A stretch of 64,000 bases of DNA from Blepharisma stoltei ATCC 30299. Lineage: Eukaryota; Protista; Ciliophora. Under the pieces are notes generated by a model. The model saw nothing but the letters and a program-made list of their open reading frames with translations, searched no databases and was not told the origin of the DNA. The first letter of the stretch is position 1, and each line of letters starts with the position of its first letter. Positions 1 through 13,700 of the stretch are shown in pieces. The DNA is taken from contig CBFDEM010000006.1 in NCBI GenBank assembly GCA_965603825.1, positions 62,001 to 126,000 of the forward strand, given 5' to 3'. The translations under genes and the position numbers were made by a program.

Positions 1-207
1 TCTTTTCAATTTTAAATAAATTATTCACAATAAATTTTTATAATATTATTGTTTTAGGCTCTATAAATAAATTATGAAATATAACCCTCTATAATTTTGC
101 ATGGCATTTCAGCACAGAATATATAAAATGCAATTAAATTACAATTTATTCTCCCTATAGCAATTACAATAATTTTATTTAAAATTCAGGAGAATTAAAT
201 ATAATAA

Positions 208-3200
208 ATGCTAAGTGTCTCCAAACAGCTTACTATTATCCTCACATTTCTAAAATGTTGCTTATCTCTTGATCCTGCTGACGTTGCTCTTGCCATAAAC
301 TCAGGTGGCGGCACTTATACCTCTACTTTTGGCTTTGTATACTCCCCAGACAGCTATTATACCACAGGCGGGCCATATGTGGATCCCTCATCTACCCCAA
401 TTGCTCGTACAAATAATGGAGATATGTACAAATCCCAAAGAGTATTTGATGGAACTTGAGGATATGACATCCCCGTTAGCCCTGATGGGACATATGTACT
501 TATTCTCCAATATGTTGAAACCTGATTTACCACTGCAAATGCAAGGGTTTTTACAATTAAAATAGGAGACTACACTGTCTTAAGCAATTTAGACCTATTC
601 GCTCTTTTTGGGAGAAATAATGCTCATGATATATTTATCGAATTTACACTTTCTGCTGGAAATGTTTATATTGGAGGGAATTTAATTTCTGGGGCATTTT
701 CTGCAGGAATTTTAAATTTTCGTATGATCCAAGTTATACAGGCTCCAGAAATATCAGGATTTATTTTGATAAAAGGGAATTGTGCTGTAGCAGACCATTG
801 TAATATGTGCTATAAGCAAAGATGTGCGACTTGTAATGAAGGAGATTTATCATGTGCAACCTGTATAGATAATGCCCATATTGTAGATGGAGATTGTCAA
901 TGCAACTCTAATGCTTATTGGGCTTATTCGACAAGAAGCTGTGAAAAATGTGATAATTTGTGTAATGTTTGTTCTGGGTCGGCAAATTTTTTATGCACCA
1001 CATGTGTAAGCCCAAATGTGCTAGTGTCAAGTGTCTGCTTGCGAGCGTGTCCATATGGGTTTGGGTCTTGTACAATAGTCTCAATGGCTGTTATTGAACA
1101 AAATTTTGCTAATTTATTTGTAGGGACTTATGGGATATTTCGTGTAGGATCAAATCCGAGTACTTTTTATTTTTTTAATAGCCCTGAAGCAGATGATCCA
1201 ATCCCAGCTAAAAGTAGAGGACTTTATTTTTATGGAGCCCAGTACCTTCAGACGTCATCAAGTATATATATTTCGCTTAATTTCTCAATTGGATTTTGGG
1301 TTTGGATACTATCAGGCTCTGGCGATATCATGGCAAATAGTCCAGGGGGTAAAATAACGATATCTGCACTTGGCGTAATGACTATTGTGCTAGAAAGCAG
1401 ATTTGAAGCGACTGCAACAATAACAACTGTAGCATTAAATCCATCGAATTCAAATTGAATTTACATTTCTTTTATAACTTCGTTTTCGCCATCAACTATA
1501 ACAACAACTATTGTCCCATATTTAAATAACTCTCCAAAAACTCCTACTACAATAAGCCAGTATATATACAGGGATGGAGCAAACAATGTAATAATCCTAG
1601 GAAAGAGCTCGTCCAGTACTTTCTTAGGATATATTTATTGATTCACACTATGAAATGTTGCTGTTTCAGATTTTAATACTCAATACTCAGATGAAATATG
1701 TGACCCAGGAGAAATATCTAATTGTCTTTGGACTTGTCCTTTGTCTCAATGGATGAATCATGCAACACCAACTAATTGCAATTCATGCTCGAATGGGTGT
1801 GTCAGAAGTATATCTTGCAATGTTTGTGATGATCCTCTTTGCAGCCAGTGCACTGGATTTTCAGGTGGACTTTGCACGCAGTGTGTTTCTAATGCATCAG
1901 GAGCTTCTTCTACTTGCACTTGTAATGCTGGCTATGTTCTTTCTTCTGATGGGTTTTCATGCTTACCCTGCTTTAGTGGATGCTCTTCCTGCTCGTCAAC
2001 ACAATATTACCAATGTTTAACTTGTGATTCGACGCATTATTTATTAAATGTATTATGTGATACACAATGCCCAAGCGGCTATAGCCAAAATTCAGGCACA
2101 AATAAATGTGATTTGACTAACAATTTGGTTATTGATTTAGAATTTGATGATTATATAGTGCTTGGCACTTTATCAGGATTTAATGTTGGAAACAGCAATA
2201 CAAATTCCTATCCGAATTTTGATACAAATGACTCTATTCCAGCAATTCACCGTGGATATTATTTTACTGGACAAAGTTATATGGGTGGGTCTATTGTATT
2301 TAGTCCTTATTTCTCAGTCATGCTATGAGTCAAAGCTATAGACCAAGGAGTTTTAATAGAAAAATTTGATGGAAGTGTTAAATATTTAGTAATAAAAATT
2401 GATAGCAGCGGATACCAAAATCTTAATATATTGCTCAAAGATGGATCATCATTAAATGCAATTAGTCCTCAGTATATCCTCTCCAATTGGCATTATTTAT
2501 CATTTTCTGGCTCGATTAATTCAGATGGGACTTATAGTTCTTATAGTTATATTGATTCATCTCTACAATTTACTGCTACTTCTACACCCAAGACATACTT
2601 AAGAGACAGTACTTCTGGAACTCTTCTGATTGGTGTTGACCATGCATCTACAACTGGTTTTAAAGGATTTCTATGAAATTTAAAAATTTATAATGACAAG
2701 ACATATGTAAATTCAGCATGAGTCTCTACTACTTGTACTGTAAATCCGTGCACAAGTTGCCCGGTTGGAAATTTCTGTCCTAGTTCTTGCTCATTGGCAA
2801 ATTATCCAGGCAGCACTTCTTGTGCTTCGTGCAAGAGTTCTTCATGCTCTTATGGATGCAGAAGCGATCTGACATGCCGACTTTGTAGAGAAAAAGAATG
2901 TTATTCTTGTATATCATTCTCAAATAAGTGCTTAAGCTGCATCACAAATGCAGGATTTGTAGGAGACTTATGTCAATGCAACCTAAACGCTTATTGAAAT
3001 GGGAATACAGAGACTTGTGACCTTTGCCACACTATCTGTACATCTTGCTCTGGACCTTCTTTTATAGAATGCATTCAATGTGGATCTTTCTTGCTTATGC
3101 TCTCGAATATTTGTTTAGAGTTTTGTCCTTCAGGATATACTATAAGTGGAGATCAATGTATATTATCGAATGAACTGGTTTTCAGCTTGAGGTTAAGTCA

Positions 3201-6200
3201 GATAAAAGATATTGTTTATGACTCAATAGGAAACGTTGCTTTTCAAACAGGAAATGATAAAAATTTTTATCCTTTCTATACTCCTGAAGACCCGTATGCA
3301 GCAGAACTAAGAGGGTACTATTTTAGGGGGACATCATTCATGAAATCGATTGATGATCCTCCATCATTAACTTTTGGAGCAGAATTTACAATATCAGCAT
3401 GAATAAATCCAGCTTTAGGCACAGGATACTTAATTTCTAAGCAAGACAGCTCACTTTCAAGTTTTCTAACTTTTTCGCTAAGCTCAGGAAAACTTAATTT
3501 TTCGATGAAATTAAATGATGGGACGACAGTTTCGTATATGACTTCAGCTTTATTAGTTACTTTAGGATCTTGAAATTTTATTGCCGTCAAAAGCATAATT
3601 AGTCCGACTCCCCAGCAGAAAATTTCATTTTACATTGATTCTTCTAGTGAATCCTCTTCTGATCTCAGATCCTCGTGGTATCAGGATATTTCTTCATCTT
3701 TTTTTATTTCAATTGGCGCTGGCTCTGATTTAAATACGAATCTCTATAAAGGTTTCTTATGAGGCATAAATATTTATAACATTAATGAGCCTATATCAAG
3801 TATAATTATATCTGGAACTTGTTCAGGATGCTCATTATGCCCCATAGAATTATCAAATTCATGCATTCCAAATTGTGACTTGCCCTATTATCCTAATAGC
3901 TTGACTTGTGCTGCATGCCAAACTCAATGTGGGTGGGGATGTGTGAGAAATGATAAGAACTGCAATTTGTGTCAAGATGTAATTTGCTTAGTATGTGACG
4001 ATTACTCTTCAACCTGCATAACCTGCCGAGATCATGCTTATCTATCTTTAACAACTTGTGTATGCTATGATGGATATTACTGAGACTTGACAAATGAAGA
4101 ATGCACTCCCTGTGATTATACCTGCAAAACCTGTACATCCGCCGCCTCTGAAGACTGCATAATTTGCGCATCAGGCTTTTTTATGTATTTAGGATTATGC
4201 GTTTCTAAATGCCCAGCTGGATATATAGAAAGTGCAGCAAAATGTATAGAAAAGGATACTTTTATTTTCTATCTATCTTTTGACACTTTAGAAGGAGTTG
4301 TTCTCGATAAGCAAAGCAAAATTCCAGCTTTAACTGGGAACAGCACAGCTTTTTATCCAAATTATGATGAGTTTGATCCAATAGCTGCTTTATACAGAGG
4401 TTTTTATTTTAATGGAATGAACTCAGTTATGCATTTACCTATTTATCAAGGCTATAACAGCCCAGTTCTCAGCTTTGGCTATTCTTTTACTTTTTCTATA
4501 TGAGTCAATATTGAGAATGGCTTTGGAACTATTCTCTCAAAACAAGATTTGCTTTATAATTCAATTTTTTCTCTCCAGCTAAGTGCTGGATATGTAGTGA
4601 TTTCATTAAATTTTAAGGTTGACGGGCTCATTTATTTCTCTTATTTACAAGATCTTGGGTCTTACGAATGAAATCATATTGCTTTTACCGCAGAGTACAC
4701 AAGTTTAAAGCAGACAAAAATGGCTTTTTACTTGAACGGAAAACTAGATAATCAGCGGGAATTAGGATTTGACTATTTTAAAGATACCAAAACTGATACT
4801 AGCTTTACATTAGGGGCATTTAAAGATAATTTAGGGTATTTTAACTATTTTAAAGGATTTATTTATGATATCAAGGGCTATAACTCAGTAAGAAGTATAT
4901 CGTCCCTTGTATTGCCAACAGCTCAATGCACAGAAAACTGTAAAGCATGCTTGAACACTGGAGCCTGCATCCCAAATTGTTTAATTAGTCAGTATTGAAT
5001 TGGCCCACAATATAATAAATGCTCCAAATGTAACAGTGCTTGCCTCAGCTGCAGAGATTCCAGCAAGTTTTGCAATCTTTGTTATAACCCTAAATGTACA
5101 TCATGCTTAGATTTTAGCGAAAATTCTTGTCTTGAGTGTATTTCAGGTACTTCAAATATAACAAATTGCCAATGTGATTATGGTCTTGCTTGGAATTCAA
5201 GCTCAGGAATATGTGAGAGTTGCCATCAATGGCAATACAAAGCAAATGATTCTTGTTATAATTGTCCTCCTCTCTGTGCTCAATGTGATAGTGAAACTAA
5301 ATGCACATGATGCATTAGCCATGCTGCATTAAATTCTGGAAGCTGTGCTTGCTCTCCTGGATATATAGGAACTACTGAATGCACATATATCCCTTTCAAT
5401 GCTAGTCTTATTGTTAATAAAAATAATACTTTGATTCTGATTTTCAGTGACGTTTTAAAGCAGGATTTAAAAAACGACCAAATTTTTATTCAAATTCATA
5501 ACATAACAATTCCATCCTGATCAATTTCTCAAATTTCAAATACACAATATTTAATATCATGCAATTTTGAAGGAGGAATTTCAAAGGGCACTACTATTAT
5601 AGTACATTTTATAAACTCGACAAGTATAATATCTATCTCTGGAGGTGTCATCTACGAAGAATATTTATCAGGCTCTTTATATGCTTCTTTAATGACTTCT
5701 GAAGAGCAAGAAGTGGCTCAAATTCAAAAACAAGTTTCTTCTGGGGTAAAAGTTCTGGTTGGATCGAGCGTTGCTTTAGCAATGCTTAACCCAAATCCTT
5801 CAGGACTATGAACCCTGCTCAATACAATTCAGCTTCTTTCTTATATACCTTATGCAAGCTATCCTTTGTCAGATAAAGTTTCAGCATTTTTTAAATCAAT
5901 AAACGATTTCAATTTAGTTCCAAATTTATTTTTACTATTTATTGACGAAAATAATAGTAAAGTTCCTTATTCTCGGGCGAAAAAATATGGATATGATAGC
6001 TATTTATTACTTGTAAATATTGGAAATGACGCAACTATTTTATGTGGTATTATAACTATAATCCCTCTGGTATATTATTTTTCTAAATGCTCTCAGAGAT
6101 TTATAGGAAAGAAGCTTCAAAAAATACTTAAGGAATATAAATTCGATACTTTTTTACGTTTTTGGATTATAAGCTATCTTGAAATCGGGTTTGCTGCAAT

Positions 6201-6939
6201 AATTGGGGTTTTGAGCACAGAATATTCTGAGATTTTGGAAAACTCACTTCAGTTAACCAACTATCTTCTTTGTTGATTTTTAGTTGTATTTTTTACTTAG
6301 ATCTTTATAACAATTACGCCTTTACTTCATTCGTATTTTACCTTCAAAAATATGAGCAAAATCATAAATAAGCGAAATAAAAAATGGCTAGTTCCTTGGA
6401 GCTCTCTATATTATGAGTTCAAGAATAACTCAGGATTTTTGAGCACACAATATTATGCTCTATTTTTTACAAGAAGATTAATTTTTATTGGCAACCAAGT
6501 ATTTTTGAACGATTTCCCCCAAAGTCAGCTAACCATCAATGCTGTATCATCCCTATGTGTATTCTTTATGTAGATACCTCTATTTTTAATTTTCTATAAG
6601 CCATTTGACGACTTAGTTCTTCAAGTCACCAATTTAATAACTGAATTCGGGATTTTCATTATATTTTTACTCCTTATTCCATATTTTTTGGTACTAGGCT
6701 CAACAGGGACTAATATTCTGGACAATTTAATTATGTATTTTGTTGCTTTACTAATGGCTGTGCAAACTTCTGGGCCATTTATAAATTCTTTAAAGGAAGT
6801 TTATTATACTGCTAGAAGAGCTATGAAAAAAAATTTTAGTTCAAATCCTGCTAAGATATCTAAAAATGAGAGAAAAATAGTTTTAGGCAATTTTAATGAA
6901 TTTTTTAATGATACTGAGCCTACCGATACAACTGAATAA
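208..6939 (+). CDS. Paralog 1: malectin + 4 Cys-rich/LamG-like modules + multi-pass TM domain, ~2233 aa (UGA=Trp; introns 6286-6300 and 6559-6573)
   Basis: Track ORFs at 208, 724, 1741, 2431, 2794, 3091, 3880, 4087, 4720, 5866, 6352 and 6688 share one frame. They are separated only by TGA or by the TAG ends of the two 15-nt introns. Hydrophobic N-terminus; malectin motifs AINSGG...WGYDIP..DGTYVLILQ; CxxC repeats; four DP.PA..RG.YF.G motifs; TAA at 6937-6939. Confidence 0.9.
6286..6300 (+). other. 15-nt spliceosomal intron (phase 0) GTATTTTTTACTTAG
   Basis: GT..TAG, A at position 10, removes an in-frame TAG; same position in all paralogs. Confidence 0.88.
6559..6573 (+). other. 15-nt spliceosomal intron (phase 0) GTATTCTTTATGTAG
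   Basis: GT..TAG, A at position 10, removes an in-frame TAG; conserved position. Confidence 0.88.
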
Positions 6940-7782
6940 AACACATAAAATTTGAGAGAGTAGAGATAAAAAAATATTTAAATTAAGCAAATAAAATTTG
7001 TAATTTTTATGGCATAACAACCTCAATGACAAGGAGAAATTTGTTGAAAGCGAAATTTGGCTGTTTGATGAAAATTTATTATCCCTAATAAAAAGAAAAT
7101 TATTTTGAGCTAATTAACGAAATTCCTAAACTTGGATATATATTCAATTCCTAATAAAATAAATTTTTCAGAGACATAATAAATATTTATTTAATCTGAT
7201 TTCTTTGCTTAATTGAATTGTTAAAAATTTTGAAAAGAAAATCTTTCATAATAAAATTTACATCATCGTCAAAAGGTGTGCATAAATCACAAAATGGACA
7301 TCTAGTAATTAGATTTCTCAAGACAAAATTAGTCTTTATGCAAAATATGAAATTTTATATCTTAGACTTATGGGAAATTAGCATAATATTTATTAAATCT
7401 TTAGCTAATGATTCTTGAATCTAGAAACTGCTTAAGAAATTAATCCTTTCTGCTGCAGTAATCATTTTCTAATCGCTATGTATTTAATAAATAAAAGAAA
7501 AAATATTTTAGTGTTAAGTCTTTTTGATGCCCTGTCCTATTTGAGACTGAAATAATAAAATTTGATAAACAGATCTGATCATATATAATTCTCCACCATC
7601 TTAAATAATAAATATCGATAAATAAGTCACCATGCAAAAATCGAATTTCTATTAATTTATCTGATTACTGGATAAATAACTATATTTAAGTCAGGATTTT
7701 ATTATTAAAATAGAGATTTTCTCTTTTATCTAACTAAATTGAATATTAATCTCCCGAATTTGAGAGAAAATATAAAATAAAT

Positions 7783-10700
7783 ATGAAGGCTTGTCTACGT
7801 CACCTTGCCTTAATTGTTCTAAGTTTATTGACTTGCTATTCACTTGACCCTTCAACTATTGTGATGGCTATCAACTCTGGAGGCTCAGCTTACACTTCTT
7901 TATATGGATTTTCATATATTGCTGATACTTATTCAACTGGAGGAAGTAATCATGTAATCACTGGCTCTACAATAGCTAACACCAAGGACGATTCTATGTA
8001 CTTATCAGAGCGATATGGCACAACTAACTGGGGATATAACCTTCCTCTCAGCACAGATGGGACATATGTTTTAATTCTCCAGTTCTGTGAAATCTATTTT
8101 ACGACTACAAATAGCAGAAAGTTCACAGTAAAAATTGGAAGCTATACTGTAGCCAATAACCTTGATTTAGTAGCTACTGCAGGACCATTAACAGCTTATG
8201 ATATATTCACAGAATTCACGCTTTCAAGTGGCACAGTTTCAATAGCAGGAAACGCGATAACAGGTGCTTATACAGGCGGAAATTTGATAGTTACTTTTAC
8301 TCAAGTTTTGCAAAATCCTCAGCTTGCAGGACTAATCATAGTAAGTGGAGACTGTAGAGTGGCTGATTACTGTAATATGTGCTATCAAGTAAGATGCATG
8401 GTCTGCAATGCCCCAGCTTTGTCTTGCACAACTTGCATTGCTAATGCTTCTCCTGTCAGTGGAGTGTGCCAATGTAATGCAGGATATTACTGGACGACGA
8501 CCACAAGAACGTGTGTTCCTTGTGATAATTTATGTATATCTTGTAGCTCAGATAATTTTATTTGTGCAACTTGTTCAGGCTCAAATGTATTAGTTTCAAG
8601 TGTTTGCTTAAGAGCTTGTCCATATGGATTTGGCACATCTTGTGCTTCAGTTTCAACAGCAGTTATAAACCAAAATTTTGCTGATTATTTTTACGGAGCA
8701 TATGGTTTATTTAGAACAGGGACAAGCTTAAGTAGTTATTATTTTTTTAATTCTCCTGAAACAGTAGATCCTATCCCAGCTAAAAGTCGAGGGCTTTATT
8801 TTTCTGGAGGCTCTTATCTTCAAACGACTGGGACTGTTTATATTTCTCTAAATTTTTCAATTGGGATGTGGGTTTGAATATTATCTGGCTCAGGAGATAT
8901 CTTGACAAATAGTTCTGGATATAAAATTAGGATATCTGCAAGCGGAGTAATGACAATTATATTAGAAAGTATAGCAGAAGCAACGACTACAGTAACAACT
9001 GCAGCACTTAACCCTTCAAATTCAGCCTGAGCTTACATTTCTTTTATAGTCTCATTTTCATCAGCCACAACTTCTACAACAATTGTCCCTTACCTCAATA
9101 ATTCTCCACAAGCATCTGTAACATCCAGTGGATACATATATAGAGACGCTATCAATAATTATTTAATCCTTGGAAAAAGCTCTTTAACTAATTTTTTAGG
9201 GTATATTTATCAATTTACTCTATGAAATGCAGCAGTTTCAAATTTTAACACTCAATACTCAGACCAAATATGTGGCACAGGGGCAGTCGCTAACTGTCTT
9301 TGGACATGCCCATTATCTCAGTGAATGAATGGGGCAACGCCTACAAATTGCAACTCATGCACAAATGGTTGTGTCAGAAATGTATCCTGCAATGTTTGTT
9401 TTGACCCCCTTTGTAGTGTTTGTACAGGATTCTTGACAGGCCTATGCACACAATGTGTTACTAATGCATCTGGGGCTCCTTCTACTTGTGCTTGCAATGC
9501 GGGATATATTCTCTCTTCTGATGGGTTTTCATGTGTTCCTTGTTATACTGGATGTGCTTCATGTACTGGGACTTCTTATTATCAGTGTAGCTCCTGTCTT
9601 TCAAGCTATTATTTATTAAAAACAATGTGCCTTACTTATTGTCCTTCTGGGTATACAGCTGATTCATCTGGCCATTTGTGTACTTTATCTACATCAAATC
9701 CTTTAAGTATTGCTCTCCAGAATTTGATACAATTGGACACAGTAAGCGGAGTTTCAGTAGGATCTTCAAATACAAATAAATATCCGACTTGGGAAACAAC
9801 TGATCCAATTCCTTCAATTTATAGAGGATATTATTTCTCAGGTAGTAATTATATGAGCCTTGCATCATTTACAATCAGTCCATATTTTTCGCTGCTAATA
9901 TGAATAAAGCCTCTAAGTGATGGATATTTATTTATGAAGTTTGATGGCACAACAAAGTATTCTTATGTTACTATATCATCTGGAATCTCTTCTATGAATA
10001 TTCTTCTTGCAGATTCCAATTTACTTAGTGTAAGTGGCTCTTCAAGCATTTTATCTGGATGGCATTATATTGCGTTTACAGGTGGCCTTTCATCTGGGAA
10101 TACTGTTATATCTCTATCAATTGATGGAACTTCTGTCTCTTCAACTACTTCTGCATCATCCTCTTATTACAAGGATCTTGGCACACTTTACATTGCGAAA
10201 GATACTACTGCGTCTGGAGGTTTTACTGGCTTTCTATGAAGTCTAAAACTTTACAATGACAATACGTATGCAGCTCAAGAATGGAAAACTTCAGGATGTC
10301 CCACCGGCTGTACTACTTGTCCTTCCGAATTGAAATGTCCAGACAGCTGCTCTTTTGGACAATTTTATTCAAGTTCTTGCACATCTTGTGTAGGCTCATG
10401 TCCTTATGGGTGCAGATCAACACTGACTTGCAGGCTTTGCAAAGATAAAGAATGTCTTGCGTGCACAACTTTTGATGGTCCTTGCACGTCCTGCATAACT
10501 AATGCAAGCATCTCAGGTACAACATGTGTTTGCAATAACAACGCTTTTTGGGAGCAAAGCTCAGATGGGTGTCAAATTTGTGATAATCTATGCAGCCAAT
10601 GCCAAACAAATAAATACTTTTTATGCTCATCATGTGGGACGTATTATCTTGTTTCAAATGTTTGTCTAAGAAGCTGCCCTTATGGGTTTACAAGTCCATG

Positions 10701-13700
10701 TGTGACAGTTACTTCACCTGTTATAGATGTAGCATTTAATGGAGATTTTCAAGGAACTTACTCTATTTTTACTACTGGAACAAGTGCAAGTTTTTATCAA
10801 TTTTTTAACTCACCAGAAACAGTTGATCCAATTCCTGCAAAACAAAGAGGGCTCTATTTTAACGGAAGCCAATATTTAATGTCGAACACTAATGTATATC
10901 TCTCACATAGTTTTGCTATGGGCCTCTGAATTTATGTGACAGCTACAGGAGATATTTTATCGAATTCCAGAATTATTGTTGATTCATCTGGCTCAATAAA
11001 AATACCGCTAGAGAGTCCATTAGAAGTAACTTCGTCTCAAACTCTATCAGGCACTTCTTTTGCAGTGTGAATATTTTTGTCATTTACTTCTTCATTTAAC
11101 AACCCTGCGATTACAACAACTTTAACAATATATAATAATAACAATCAGGTCGCCTCTTCAACTTATAATACTGTTATTTATAGAGATCAAACTAACCAAA
11201 AAATTAAAATTGGTGGCAGCTCAACTTCCTATTTTACTGGATTTATCTACAATTATAAGCTCTGAAATGTTGCAATATTTGATTTTTCGACACAATTAAA
11301 TGAAATTTGTGGCTCTGGATTATTAGCGTCCTGTTTATGGGCGTGCAATATCAATTATTGATGGAATGGAGCAGCATTTAAAAGCTGTGATACAGGCTGT
11401 GTCTTAGGCTGTACTAGAAATGGATCATGCAATATTTGTGATGACCCACTTTGTAGTGTATGTACTGGATTTGACGCAAATAAATGCACACAATGTGTTA
11501 CTAATGCATCTGGGGCTCCTTCTACTTGTGCTTGTAATGCTGGATATATTGTCTCTTCTGATGGGTTTTCATGCGTTCCTTGCTATACAGGATGTGGCTC
11601 ATGCACTGGGACTCTTTATTATCAGTGCAGCTCCTGCCTTTCAAGCTATTATTTATTAAAAACAATGTGCCTTACTTATTGTCCTTCTGGATATACAGCT
11701 GATTCATCTGGACATTCTTGTACTTTATCTACATCAAATCCTTTAAGTATTGCTCTCCAGAATTTGATACAATTGGACACAGTAAGCGGAGTTTCAGTAG
11801 GATCTTCAAATACAAATAAATATCCGACTTGGGAAACAACTGATCCCATTCCGTCGATTTATAGAGGATATTATTTCTCAGGTAGTAATTATATGAGCCT
11901 TGCATCATTTACAATTAGTCCATATTTTTCGCTGCTAATATGGATAAAGCCTCTAAGTGATGGATATTTATTTATGAAGTTTGATGGCACAACAAAGTAT
12001 TCTTATGTTACTATATCGTCTGGGATCCCTTCTATGAATATTCTTCTTGCAGATTCAAATTTACTTAGTGTAAGTGGCTCTTCAAGCATTTTATCTGGAT
12101 GGCATTATATTGCGTTTACAGGTGGCCTTTCATCTGGGAATACTGTTATATCTCTATCAATTGATGGAACTTCTGTCTCTTCAACTACTTCTGCATCATC
12201 CTCTTATTACAAGGATCTTGGCACACTTTACATTGCGAAAGATACTACTGCATCTGGAGGCTTTACTGGCTTCCTATGAAGTTTAAAACTTTACAATGAC
12301 AATACGTATGCAGCTCAAGAATGGAAAACTTCAGGATGTCCCACCGGCTGTACTACTTGTCCTTCCGAATTGAAATGTCCAGACAGCTGCCCTTTTGGAC
12401 AATTTTATTCAAGTTCGTGCACATCTTGTACAGGCTCATGCCCTTATGGGTGTAGATCAACACTGACTTGCAGACTTTGCAAAGATAAAGAATGTCTTGA
12501 ATGTACAGCTTTTGATGGTCCTTGCACGTCCTGCATAAATAATGCAAGTATCTCAGGCACAACATGTTTTTGCAATAATAACGCTTTTTGGGAACAAAGC
12601 TCAGATGGGTGTCAAATTTGTGATAATTTATGCAGCCAATGCCAAACAAATAAATATTTTTTATGTTCATCATGTGGAACTTATTATCTTGTTTCAAATG
12701 TTTGTCTAAGAAGTTGCCCTTATGGGTTTACAAGCCCATGCGTTACAGTTACATCTCCTGTTATAGATGTAAAGTTTAATGGAGACTTTCAAGGAATTTA
12801 CTCAATTTTCACTACAGGAATTAGTTCAAGCTCCTACCAATTCTTTAACACCCCTGAAACAGTTGATCCTATCCCTGCAAAACAAAGAGGGCTCTATTTT
12901 AAAGGAAGCCAATATTTAATATCAAATACCAATGTATATCTCTCACATAGTTTTGCTATGGGCCTCTGAATTTATGTGACAGCTACAGGAGATATTTTAT
13001 CGAATTCCAGAATTATTGTTGGTTCATCTGGCTCAATAAAAATACCGTTAGAGAGTCCATTAGAAGTAACTTCTTCAGAAACTTTATCGAGCCCTTCTTT
13101 TTCAATGTGAATTTACTTATCATTTACTTGCGTATTTAACAATCCTGCGATTACAACAACGTTGAAAGTATATAATAATAACAATCTGGTAGCTTCATCA
13201 ACTTATAATACTGTCATTTATAGAGATCAAACCAATCAAAACATTAAAATCGGCGGAAGTTCAGCTTCCTATTTTAAAGGCTTTATTTACAGCTATCAGC
13301 TCTGAAATGTTGCTATATTCGATTTCACAACACAATTAGATGAAATTTGTGGCTCAGGACTATTAGCAAATTGTTTATGGGCATGTGATATTAACGATTA
13401 TTTAGACTCAACATACAAAAATTGTGATACAGGCTGCAGTTTAGGATGTACAAGAAGCGGGTCATGCAATATTTGTAACGATCCTCTTTGTAGTGTATGT
13501 ACTAGTTTTGATGCAAATAAATGCACCACTTGTGTTTCTCATGCCCACAATACCCCATGTAGCTGTGATTCAGGCTATTCTTTATCTTCTGATGGCTTTT
13601 CTTGTGTACCCTGCTTTACTGGCTGTTCTTCATGTTCGTCATCACAATATTACCAATGTTCAGGTTGTGTTTCTACTTATTATTTATTAAATGTCCTATG

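Noticed and set aside
457-6276. TGA as selenocysteine or Cys in Cys-rich proteins
   Set aside because: TGA mostly aligns with Trp or other aromatic positions and was not seen at conserved Cys positions.
7218-7418. Small intergenic ORFs (7218-7418, 58742-58942)
   Set aside because: Short, AT-rich, without motifs, and not preserved in the duplicated copies of these regions.
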